In this document: piece after piece, positions 1 through 11,596 of the stretch
How positions within the stretch are numbered: the stretch's first letter is position 1
Layout: every line of letters starts with the position of its first letter
Assembly: GCA_051294905.1 (NCBI GenBank)
Contig: CM119372.1
Span: 23,994,001-24,058,000, forward strand
DNA length: 64,000 bases
Source: Botryllus schlosseri
Taxonomy: Eukaryota
Direction of reading: 5' to 3'
Position numbers and translations under genes: made by a program
Notes under the pieces: generated by a model
The model's database searches: none
Seen by the model: the letters and a program-made list of their open reading frames with translations, nothing else
Told to the model about the DNA's origin: nothing

Positions 1-253
1 TAGTATTGCATTTTAATATCAATACTATAATTTACTATAAGTATATTTTGACAGTCCATGTGAACGAATTAGGATTGTTATCAAAACTACTTACTTACTT
101 GAGTAGATTTAAAGTCAGCCAATTCTACTTCTACTTCAAGTAGTTTTAGGTGCCTTATGGAAAAAGTACTTCTACCCGTACTTGAGTAGATTTTTTTCGC
201 CACTACTTCTACTCCTACTTGAGTAGCTTTCTTGACTACGTAGACCACCTCTG
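1..253 (-). mobile_element. MITE family A (CAGAGGTGGTCA TIR, AGTAG-rich), left end in reverse orientation, cut by window edge
   Basis: Ends ...GACCACCTCTG at 253; CTACTT-rich body matches the reverse complement of the copy at 43377-44025. Confidence 0.8.
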
Positions 254-619
254 GTAATTTGAACACCTCTGGCTGTGGATATTTTTCGAATTCGCAAACG
301 AGCCTTTGGCAGTTTCTACCCCGTGAAAATTTTAGTGTGATAATGATATTTTCAATGGTCACTCACTGATGACTTGGAATTCAAATGTATCACGATGGCA
401 AAAATGGAAATTCAACACAACGCTAAGAGCAACCTTGTGACGTAGTTAATTAGACTGAGTTGTGAGAACGTCGCTTCCGTCACTGATATGGGTTTGGACT
501 AGCTCAGTGGCTTGGACTATAGTTGAAATTGTAATCCCGTGCGGCGGCAAAAGTTATCAATGTGTGATAATGAGACGGAAATGATATATCTGCTTGGAAT
601 CAGTGCACCTGCCTTTATA

Positions 620-740
620 AGTTCAATTCAATTTATTGCTAATAATTTCATAATTTCAATACACTACAAGACTGCGATACAATGATAGGAAGGTGTCGAA
701 ACGACTAGGAGTAGTCTTCGATATCAGACAACCACCTGGC
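620..740 (-). mobile_element. Truncated 3' tail of CR1/L2-type LINE family 2
   Basis: Reverse complement contains GACTACTCC...CGTTTCGACACCTTCCTATC...ATTGTATCGCA and a (TTGAA)n tail, as at 14090-14320 and 19405-19660. Confidence 0.7.
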
Positions 741-1520
741 ATTCCCAGAGAGCATACAGTAAACGTTCGTGTCTACACCACGCAAATAACGTTTCAGAGG
801 TTCGCACCAGCCCTAGCCGAGTCCGCAGTGAAAGTCGATAATTTTGGTACTGGAATTTAGCGTATTTTACCAGTAAGAATTGTTTTGTGAACGAGAAGTA
901 TCGTTTCGATGTATATTTTCACACCGAGACCCCGATTATTACATAAAAATTTTAGTAGAGATCGAATTTCAATATTGTTACATTATTATCGACTAACTTT
1001 CGAATTGTATATTTTGATGATGTCATCTAACACTGCAGCAAGTTTCAAGATTGCCACTAACTGATTAGGGTGGTAATTTCGTTATCGAAGACGAGTATCT
1101 GTAAGTGTGATATGCCATCTAACCTACGGCAAATTGTTGCGATTGTTGCGCTGCGATTGACGAAAACCGCTATATTCAGTCGAGCGTGACCTAGCAATGG
1201 GAAAACTAGAGTTTCCGTTCCATAGTCACATTCGATAGTTACATGCTCAAAAAACGCAATTATAACTAAGTACGCCTGATTGATATGTAGAACTATCTAG
1301 TTGGGGATATCTATTGCTCTATATATCCCTTGATGAAGTGTTGCTGATACTATTCTCTTCGAGGCCGCATGAAAGGTGCATTTAAGGTTCTTACTGTTGT
1401 GTATAACGTCATAATGAAGGGTACTCGGTAGCGAATCAGTTGCATACTCGATTTCGCATGGTCCTATTTATTAGACACGGTATGGTCTGTACCGTGGGCA
1501 ATATGGCGTCTGGGCGTTAA

Positions 1521-2064
1521 TAGGGTTGCATTCAAATACAAACATGTTTAAAACATGGCCCTTGTTTAAAACATGTTTCTTATTGTGTTTTTTAGCCATG
1601 ACGTTACGAATCTTTCATTATTAAGTCACAGTCAATTGACATTGACAGTTGAAAATAGAAAATAAATATGGCTCCTTGAGGAAAAAGGCATGCGACCCCC
1701 TCTTAAAAAACGGACCAAAAATAACCATGACTACATTGTTATGTAGCATTTGACGGTTGGCGGTCATCATCATCAAAATATCCATCCCGCATCCATGATC
1801 CATATATATCTACATGGTATAACAGTTGAACCGACGACAATTTCAAGGGAGAACCATTCCATATCGTATGCGTCGACTATATGGGGTGCATATCGACCGT
1901 AACGCTCATACTACATTTTTTTTCGAATATATTTACAAAATCGTGGCATAATTATACAACTTTTGAGAAAAAACACTCTTTTCTAAATGACATTTTTCAA
2001 CACTATTTATAACCTGTTTTGAGCAAAGCGTTATAAAACACCATTTTTTGTATATGCAACCATA
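1521..2064 (+). mobile_element. MITE family B (TAGGGTTGCA TIR, TTTAAAACATG subterminal motifs)
   Basis: Termini TAGGGTTGCA / TGCAACCATA; internal sequence matches the inverted copy at 8868-9298; no TSD found. Confidence 0.7.
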
Positions 2065-3966
2065 AATATACATCGCCAGCATTGCCAACGAATTGGTTTA
2101 ATCGTGCACCTTTAATTTCCGTATTGTCTTCTCAGGAAAACATTCTTAGGTACGGAATATAATACTGCATAATAAGGTGCACGAAATTACCCTCTCGCTC
2201 AAATTACACCTCTGTGATACAATAATAATTCGTGCCTTATCACAATAGTGTTGATCTTAGCAATCAAGCTCGTTAATTCACAGTTGATCCTATTTCTGCT
2301 TCTTCTTATGCTCGCCATACGCAGAAATCGGCACGACGCAGGGTGACCACTGGACCGACCATGTATTGTTTAACAACAGAGTGAATGCGAAAGCTGCATT
2401 ATTAGCACAATAGTCACGTCTGAATGTGGTTATTTACTTTCGAACTCGCGTCTCACCACCAGAAATTGAATCCGAAGCCGTCATGCAAAATATTACTCCG
2501 TACAATTACTCTTGGCAGCAACATTCAGTTATATCATTCTCAGATGGTATATAGGCACTAGATTACGCTTCATATTTGTAAAATTCATGGCAAAGTGTAA
2601 CATGGTTCTCAGCTGATATGCATGTGATGATTCAATATACGCTGAATTTGCATTTTCGACAAAAATGGCAGCGTGATATGAAGCACTACTTTCGATAACG
2701 AAATTATCTTATGACTAGAGACCTAACAACGATATTTGATGACTGGTGACTAAGCTGCGTAGGTTATATGCATATGCTGCTTAAATATTTATATTTATAA
2801 TCGCATACATTGGCATATTATGTGCCTCTCGTGCATTGCGTTAGATATTTTACTAATCATTTGTTGACATGAAAGTACAGGCTATTTATGAATTATAATT
2901 ATCTAATGTAATTGCTATTGGAACATAACACTTTTTGGTCTAGATATTTTTCAGGGGTGACAGGTAGTTCGTACAGAGTTCTCATTTTGGTGACGTTGAA
3001 AGTTTGCCGTGGCATCAATTGTCTGACTAGTGTCGACGGGACTAGGATCGTGCCTGCTTTTGCTGTCCGGAGAAGTGATATATGTGCTATTGCCACGACG
3101 GAAATTGTTGTGTATACGTGTACAATACATATTGTACAGTTCTGGGACTTCAGTTGTTCAAGGAAATGAGATGTAGTTTCAACAGTAGAATCAGTTTGGT
3201 TAATTGCCGCGATGTACTGTGTTGGTGTGAATGTGAACTGCTGTGAACTTCACCCTAACGCCTAGACGCGAAGGCACTTCATCTGTTAATCACCACTTCC
3301 GTAATCAGGGACCATTCTCTAAAAGTATAAATAATCCTTATCATTTTACAACCAATTCCAAATTCGTTCCGCACGTAGGATTATCATATTTTGTGACTGA
3401 AATTCCGGATACTCTCTATAGCGTCTGCTAGCAGGTTTTAAAAAGAGGTATGAAACACATTTTTATCAATATGACGTCACACTGGCAATGGTTTTCATTT
3501 TTTCTAATGTATACATAGGTGAATTTTTGAACATAGGTCCCGAATTAACTGTGATATTATGTATAATTTGAGCGCTGGCGATTGCAAGGGTTGGTATCTT
3601 CATTTGGTCAGCAGACTTCGCAGGTCGGATGGTTGTCAGGCGCGCCGTATCCGGCACGCTGGATGTGCTCTACAGCCCTGCGATCGTGTTAGGTTGGTTC
3701 AGCTATGTGGTTGTGTGTTGTAACCAGGACTGATACAACACTTTCTCAGCGCCCTCCCGCCCCCTGAAACACAGTGGTATGGGACAGACGATATACTGAT
3801 TCTTCCATACTATACTGTATATGATATTTACATGTTATACCCTACTATATATATACGACACTAAACCGCGTGCAGCGAGAAGAAAAATTGCAAGTGGCAT
3901 AAATCTGCCCAAAATAAGATATTGTTCATGTTGATTTACGAAAAAAATTTTAAGCTCCCTTTAAGC

Positions 3967-4449
3967 CAAGGGTGGCCAACCTTTTCGGCCAAAGGGCCAT
4001 CCGCAATCGACGAACCATTGCGCGGACTACTAACCGCGCCATGCGCGAAAATTTTTCAAAGTGTATAGGTCAATAAATAGGTCAATAATATTGTTACTTG
4101 AGTATGTTGCGGGTCTGCTATATATCACTGGGCACAGTTTACAAGTACAGGACTATTCGGCACCTGGACATATCGATATCGAAGGCTTCGGTCAACATGC
4201 TTCAATCATTTTGTGGCTAGGTTTCATCGTCGACTTCATTGTAATGTACGAAGATCTACCAAAATGTTACTGGCCCAGTGATCTGCCAATGCGTCGGAAC
4301 TGATATTTTAGTCATCAGCACACCAAGTGTTTCGCCCAGACTAATTAAATTTTTGGTTAGCCTGGCAAGTTCACAATGTGGGCAATCCATTCTGTATAAT
4401 ATGACTAATTTCGAAAAGCACCTCGCGGGCCACGGGTTGGCCGCCCCTG
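3967..4449. mobile_element. hAT (Buster/Charlie-like) non-autonomous element
   Basis: TIRs CAAGGGTGGCCAACC / GGTTGGCCGCCCCTG; 8-bp flanks CTTTAAGC and CTTTAACC (7/8, nnnTAnnn). Confidence 0.8.
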
Positions 4450-5671
4450 CTTTAACCCGACAAAATTCCGGACATTTAAGCATATGTTCTCATTTCCTCC
4501 CGGACACAGTTTGAACAGCGAAAATCCGGAAATATCCGGAAGATGCGGACGTATGGCAACCCAAGTTCCTTGCCTCTACAAATTTTCGAAAATGATTGGC
4601 TGGAAGGATGCGGCCAACAGTGACAAAGCAAGTTGCCATATATCAAGACTTTGGATTTGCGGTAATATTTACCTTATGTGATGTCATACTAGAATCGTAA
4701 CATCAGCGGGCTGCATGGTATAGTTTTCCTCACTAAATAGTTCCTATTGGTCAATGATCACGTTCCTGATCAATCACCTAACTTCCAGTATTTCGAAATA
4801 TAGGGCTTTATATATTCCTTTTGAACGAATTTTCTCGACTAGACCATGCTCATGACTCACTGACCTCATCCGTAGGCCAATATTGCCGACGCGGTCTTTT
4901 AGCACAATTATGTGGTATGCGTAGGCTGTCAATTTGACTAATGCAGATCGATATGGACAAATGATATTCATTGATTCTATCGTTGTCTGTTGACTTACGT
5001 TTGTCATGCAATAACGTGCATTCGCTTCGATAATAAAGCGTGAAATGCCGAAGATATACGTCAACCATAGCCAACTCTGCGTTAAGAGCGAGCTCCTATT
5101 TTATGCAGGTTTGCCAGGGATTTGACTTCTGCTCATGCGCTATGTGTATGTTGTGCTTGTGCCACATGGGATTGCGTAAAGTTGTAGCAGGTGTTTTCAG
5201 TTAATATGCCGACAATGACATAAAGCGTATTTTCAGTTGCGACGCGAGCCCGTGTCTACTGCGAGTTGCTGTGTCGAATTCGTGTTATACATCAAACCAT
5301 ATATTAGCACAGTATTGGCTATTAGAACCACGATTAAGTATGGCGAAACCAATAAAGAACGGCATGATAGTTTTTGCCACTTGACTTAGAACTGCGTAAA
5401 GGATGCCTCAGTCTGGAGTTTGGGTACACTCTTCCGCGAATAGTATTATTCCTTGGTTTCGAGGCTTGTAAAAGATCTAATCGGGGATATAGTTCGTGAG
5501 CATGAGCATGAGGTGTCAGTGTCATGCTCTCACACTAGCAATCATGGTAAGCTGTTGACTGAGTGTTGTATAGTGACGGCAAGCGGTGCCATGATATTCT
5601 GTTACATGCCTCACTTTCACAAAACGACAGCAAATTAAGGCAGCAATAGATTATAGACCTATATTTAGGCG

Positions 5672-5770
5672 TAGGGTTACCATACGTCCTTTTTTCAATT
5701 TCGGTCAACAAACTTTTATGGTTTGATAAAAGAGTCTTTCTAATCCCGATTCCAAAATATGGTAACCCTA
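5672..5770. mobile_element. Minimal 99-bp copy of MITE family C
   Basis: 12-bp TIR TAGGGTTACCAT / ATGGTAACCCTA, same ends as 11998-12398; no TSD. Confidence 0.7.
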
Positions 5771-5839
5771 CCTATTTGAATAGGTAGGGTTACCACATAA
5801 ACGAGATGGGAGAAATACTTTCTCCCATCTCGTTTATGT
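5760..5839. repeat. Two abutting perfect hairpins
   Basis: TGGTAACCCTACCTATT-tg-AATAGGTAGGGTTACCA (17-bp stem), followed by a ~20-bp stem ATAAACGAGATGGGAGAAA-tac-TTTCTCCCATCTCGTTTAT. Confidence 0.9.
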
Positions 5840-5882
5840 ATTATTATCGTAACAAGCCAAGTGTTTATTACCTTTCAGATTT

Positions 5883-7013
5883 ATGATGATTAATCAGTTG
5901 TTCGGCAAAGATCGTGGATCTTTTAGAAGACCTCGGACGCGTAATAATACGAAGCCCAGAGCTCAAACAGCACCTTCGGAAAATAATCGACTATCGCCCA
6001 ACGTATCTAATAACGAGCCAAATAATGGACTAACCGGCCAGGTAGGGCCTGGAATATTAGCCAGATTCAGGAAACTGTTTAATTCGATTAGACGAGGGGA
6101 AGGCCGAAGGGAATTATTTGACTACACTCCTTCTCAAAATCCGGAGGAATTCTTGGAAAACCTGCGACAAATTACAGAAAACTCGGACGAAGATGAGTTC
6201 AATAGACTAGCTAGTTACGAGGTCACAACTACATCTCCGGAGTCCGAAATTGCTACTGGACACACTCGGTTCGTGTGCATATCCGATACGCATTCGACCC
6301 ACCGACGAATGAAAGTACCCGATGGGGATGTTCTGATTCACTGCGGAGATTTTACTGAAAGAGGTTTCATGAAAGAAGTTGTCGATTTCAATCGGTGGCT
6401 AGGTAAGTTGCCGCATAAACACAAGGTTGTGATAGCCGGAAATCACGAGATTTCTTTCGACAAGGCCATTATGGAAGGATTGCAAAGTGCTGATAATGTG
6501 CGCTTTCGCATGCACCGGAATATCCCGGAACATGTTTGGCGAGACTGGCAAACAGTATTGACGAATTGCACGTACCTCGAAGACAGCGAAACCGAAATCA
6601 ACGGGATTCGAATATACGGTTCGCCCTGGCAACCTAATTGCGGGAACTTAGCCTTCAATTTAAAGCGTGGTCAAGAGATATTAGATAAATGGAAGCGCAT
6701 TCCTAGCGGAATCGATATCCTATTGACTCATGGCCCACCGGCGGGTAGGCTGGATCGTGCGAACAGAGGCACCCGCGCTGGGTGTGTTGATCTTTTGAAC
6801 GAAGTGCAATTGCGTGTCAAGCCCAAGTATCATATATTTGGCCATATACACGACGGTTACGGTACCGACTGCGATGGACATACTACTTACATAAACTGTT
6901 CAGCTGTGGATGCATTCCGTAATCCGATCCGCGACGCGGTTGTGTTTGACTACCCTAACAAAGAATTGCGCCAACTTGGCGATGTACCGGATATCATTGT
7001 TACTGATGCATAA
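5883..7013 (+). CDS. MPPED1/2: Metallophosphoesterase domain-containing protein, MPPED1/MPPED2 family; single exon, 376 aa
   Basis: All five calcineurin-like motifs present: DTH, GDFT, GNHE, THGPP, FGHIH; family-typical GSPWQP and AGCVDLLNEVQLRVKPKYHIFGHIH. Confidence 0.92.
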   Translation: MMINQLFGKDRGSFRRPRTRNNTKPRAQTAPSENNRLSPNVSNNEPNNGLTGQVGPGILARFRKLFNSIRRGEGRRELFDYTPSQNPEEFLENLRQITENSDEDEFNRLASYEVTTTSPESEIATGHTRFVCISDTHSTHRRMKVPDGDVLIHCGDFTERGFMKEVVDFNRWLGKLPHKHKVVIAGNHEISFDKAIMEGLQSADNVRFRMHRNIPEHVWRDWQTVLTNCTYLEDSETEINGIRIYGSPWQPNCGNLAFNLKRGQEILDKWKRIPSGIDILLTHGPPAGRLDRANRGTRAGCVDLLNEVQLRVKPKYHIFGHIHDGYGTDCDGHTTYINCSAVDAFRNPIRDAVVFDYPNKELRQLGDVPDIIVTDA

Positions 7014-8320
7014 TCGGAAAGTGTCGTAGGTCTGTGTCATGGGAGTTGGTAAACGATTGCAATGCATAAGGTATAGTTGATTGTGACTGAATGCGCAGCG
7101 CAATGGCGCATTACGCAACATAACTATCGTTTTGCTTAGCAGCCGGAATATGAATTCGATACCATCCCATCCCACATATATTTGTCAACCTCTTTTCACG
7201 ATTTATCGCGGGCGATACTGCGTGGCTTGCTGAATAAGCGCTTCTATACGACTGTGGGCAATATCCCGCTGAGCGCTGACCAGTGACCATGCAGTGCTGC
7301 TGTGTGATCGCTTTGCTCCGATGCAGTATAGCTTCGTGAGCTTCGTGACAGTAATTTGTTAGGTTAGCTGGGCGTGATATATAGGCATACCATATACAGC
7401 AACCATGAGATTTGACCTGCATCGCGTGCCGTGTATAGGCCTACTACACGCACTTTTCTGATTATTTAGTACAGTTCATAGAACACTTCTCCACTCTTTC
7501 TGCATATGCCACTTCGTTTATTTATTAGCGTTATTACTTCGTTCTGACTTCACGTGAATATGAATGGGTCAAACCAATGAAGAAATCGTCTGTCCTCGTG
7601 TCTGAGATTTCGACTATTGTTTATTTGTAAAATGAAAACTTTCCTACCAATACACATGCCAATTAGCAAGTGGTCGTAATGTTTGCAATATTTGCATCAC
7701 AGACAACAAGGTTTCTTTGAATGACCATTGACCATAGGCCATCTACGTAAATGATGGGTCATAAACGATTTCACGTACTTGCTTTCATCGAGTATCCGGC
7801 CTTTTCCTAAAGATATAACTTGTACAAGAACTCATTTTCTGAAAATATATGGTCGATGCCGCGTGTCATCTCGCAGAATCGCTGTGACGTAAATCGACAA
7901 CTATATGGGATGGGTATATTAGGAGGAGCCTATACACATCCATTCAATTTACATCATAGATCATGTTTCAATGCCAGATCATTATGGAGGTAGAATGTTC
8001 CGGCCATTTCGCGGTTGTCATTTCGAGCCACGGTTTTACAGGTATACGTGGCAGCGCATATCGCGGCGTCGCACGCCAACCTATATAAGTGGCCAAAGTA
8101 TAGTCATTGCTGGTACTCAAGTACAAGTATAGAAGTAATGCCATAAATTAATAATCAAATGCAAGATTAATCTATTTAGAGAAGGCAGTGATATCTAGAA
8201 CTAGTTCAAGATACCCTGAGAGAAGGTGTAGCCAACATGTTTGAAACCAAGAGCTACTTCTTGGGTACTGATTAAAGCGAACGGCTACCAATTTCTCCCG
8301 CCGTTTACCTGTAGTCTCTC

Positions 8321-8625
8321 GGATCAATTTTTTTCACTTTGGCAGTCAGAGCACTAGCAAGGGTTTCCTTTTCTTACCAAGAAAAGAAACCCTTTCCCGG
8401 CTCTCACGCCAGCGTCACCGAGTTCACTTGCGTTGCTGCACTAGACGGAGCCGGAGGGCCAATCTCCGCGTTGCGACTTGGGAATGCTAGATTCCCTTTC
8501 GAACTCCGCCGGAAGAAGAAGAGCAACGCCCCGCGATCGAAAACCGGTTTCGCATATTCATTAGGGTCGAATGCATGACTTATGTCCAACTGCTGTTCTC
8601 ACGGAACCCTTCTCCACTTCGACCT
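8321..8625 (-). pseudogene. 28S rDNA fragment: Decayed 28S rRNA fragment
   Basis: CAACTGCTGTTCTCACGGAACCCTTCTCCACTTCG, TTCCCTTTCGA and AAGAAAAGA(A)ACCCTTTCCCGG match the antisense of a conserved eukaryotic 28S core as I recall it; deletions present and no flanking rDNA. Confidence 0.85.
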
Positions 8626-8867
8626 AACCACGAAGATCGACTCATCTGGTCCTTACAGGTGACATGATGCAAGCGGATTCCGTGTACTGTAGGTGCATGA
8701 CTCCTGTGCCAAATTCTTCTATGCTTCTAGTAGAAATAGAATACGGCAACTCTTCAAAGTACTCAAGTAAGTAAAATGAATAAGAAGATCGGGAAGAAGC
8801 GCCTTTTACCTCTGTCTGTCATTAGTTCATGCTATAGTTCTCAAATCTGCAATATGCATATTGTATA

Positions 8868-9298
8868 TAGCGTTGCATTTAAAACAAACGGCGTTTGAAA
8901 CACTTTTAAAACATGTTTTAAACAGTGTTTTAAATAAAGGCCTTTAAAAAAATTGTGTTTTTTTCAAGCTGTAAAATTATGCCATAATTGTGTAAATACT
9001 TTCCAAAAAACATGTTGTATGAGCCTACGGACAATTACCACCCGATATATCCAACGTATATCGATATGGGATGGTTAAAACCAACAAAATAGTCGGTTCA
9101 ACATTGATAGTACAGATATTTCGTCAAAGGAGCTATATTTACCATATATTTTCAATTATCAATGTCAATCCACTATGACGTCGCAATTGAATATTCGTGA
9201 CGTCGTGGCTTTAAAATACGATAAAAACATGTTTTAAAGTGGGGCCTTATTTTAAACATGCTTGTTTTAAATTGATTTTTGTTTTAAATGCAACCCTA
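8868..9298 (-). mobile_element. MITE family B, inverted copy
   Basis: TIR TAGCGTTGCA / TGCAACCCTA; perfect 8-bp TSD ATTGTATA. Confidence 0.85.
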
Positions 9299-11596
9299 AT
9301 TGTATACCTTCGTGATCATCGCAAATTCATGACTACTAGCAATTCTTGAAGTTATACTATGTCATCGTAATGCAGGATCTGGATCAACGGGGTGCCGTGG
9401 CAGTTTTACTCTTTTCAAATGATGCGAACCCATCCGGCAACACGAGATGGCTGGGTCTGAACAGCGTCATCTCACCTCACCTGTCTGTAGGTCTTGCCAG
9501 GTTTTGCATCGTCACCGAAACTTCTAACAGAGACCTGGGATATTTTAAAATTTTACTGACCAGTGATTAATACAAGATGCGAGAAGACATTTCGTTAAAT
9601 TTGGATCGTTATGAGTAACATCAGACGAATTGAATCAAGCTCTGATTAATGACTGCTGTATAGTGTATAAGCTTCAACAATATCTTATGCAGACAGGATC
9701 GTGGACAAAAGCGCTTTCCAATACCTCTCCTATCGAACATAAATTCCGAACAATTTAATCTAGATATTTGCTATAGTTCCGATAAGCGGGCCGTAATATG
9801 AGATCGAAAAATCTAAATAAAATATGTATATTTGTGCGAACATTTGCTTGGAATTAGCATTCCAATTTAAACATCAAGTGACGTCATAAGTTATTCGGTC
9901 ACGTCGCGTCTTCACAGAGAACCTTCGATAAAATTCGTCTTCCTGCGAACGAGAACCATTCCTGAGTATGCTGGTGTATCCGGAATATATGAGATAATGG
10001 CACTGTCATCAATGAAAGGTGGTTCCCGGTTCCCGCAGCATCCGGCTATAGGAAGATTGCAACAAACAAAATTGCACGTGGGCTTTTAACTTCAACTAGA
10101 AGAGTTTTTGATGTTACAAATCACGCGTGCGCAGTGCGCAGTTGCACAAATGCACATATTGCACTGCTGAAAATTACATATATTTTTGGGCAACATATTT
10201 TAAATATAAATAGGACTTGGCCTTCAAAAACATCTTCGGCCGAGTCCATTGTTATTATAATTACTTCATTACATCTAATTACTTCGTGACTTTCCCGTCT
10301 GCTATATAGTAAAATATCTTGGAATCGCCCAAACGTATCAGAATAAACTGAAAGAGACACTTCTTTCGTTAGTAAATAAATAATGCAACAAACGCAAATT
10401 TTAACATGAGCTTGTCCCGCGTTCGCCTGCTTCTGATTTTTATTTTTTGCCGTTGCCAGCGAGGGCCGATGCGATTCGTTTTCTGGTAATAACAAAAGCT
10501 GTCGCACTTGCCCGGAAGATTATTTTTTTTACTGCAAGCAATTTATCAAATCTATTGGCAATGGATTTTGGCGCGTGACAATCAACCCACTATAATTCGG
10601 GCATACTGATGGTGTGTATGGTGGAAGTTTGCCGGTGACAGTAGGGAATCGTAGAAATCATGTATTGGTTCGATGGTAGACAATCTCTTGCCGTTTTTTC
10701 TTAATTCCAACATATTGTGGTCACAACTACAGCAATATACCATGCATTCGATTCATCATTCGACAAAAAGATTATTATCAGTTATCACATGCGAGGATAT
10801 CAAAGCACGGATGCCGTCGTTTTCAGGCCCGCAGTGTGATGCGAATTTCTGCATACCATAGGAGCGACACAACCAAGATTATGATATTCAAAATGAAATT
10901 AGAGCAGTTTCTATTGATAGAGACCGGCTATTCTGCCTTATATCTCCCATTACCGAGGTGTAGCAACGAAGCCGTGCATGCTATGAATACTTGAAATTTA
11001 ACGTAGATGTATAATTTCAGATGCACTAATGACCCCAGCAATCCATTCTCGCCGGCGTAAGGAGGACTGCATTTGACCGAAAATGACTCGCAGGCAGAAC
11101 CCCGAAAATCGACGCATCTCGCATTACGTCTCACTCAATTTGAAAGTGCATTGTCGCAAAGACGTTGCGCAAGCGCCACATACAATACTACAGCAGTTAT
11201 TCTACCTTCGACCACTATAAAATAAACGAAACCGTCTCTGGGAAATGAACAAAATCTCAAAAGCAACATATTTTTTTTTCGAAATACGTTTATTTTGTTT
11301 CAAAGCTATACGAAGCGCCGCGCGTTTCCTATCGCTCATATTTCCCAGCTCTCCGAAACTATACAACAGCAGAATGCAAGGTCATCGTATGCATGTCAAC
11401 GAGAATTGATCACTTCACACTATACCGATGAATGGCCAAGTGCCATAACATGTCTATTTAGTATGATTCATATCATTTGCACCTATAGTACCGATAACCT
11501 CTATCGAACCGTTTCCGTTGCTATATATTAAGCGATTGGCTTCGATCTCAAAGTATTTGGGCAAGTTTACGGCGTCTGGGAATTTAAAAATTAAAG

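Noticed and set aside
87-362. Similar ORFs at 87-362 and 43256-43543 (KLLEVEVE motif)
   Set aside because: Both lie in family A MITEs; the shared peptide is just the AGTAGA repeat translated
8321-8625. Functional rDNA or an R2 insertion junction
   Set aside because: Short and decayed with deletions; I did not see the R2 target site in it; no adjacent rDNA
1521-9298. Composite transposon carrying MPPED between inverted family B MITEs
   Set aside because: The right copy has its own TSD, and no TSD brackets the whole unit
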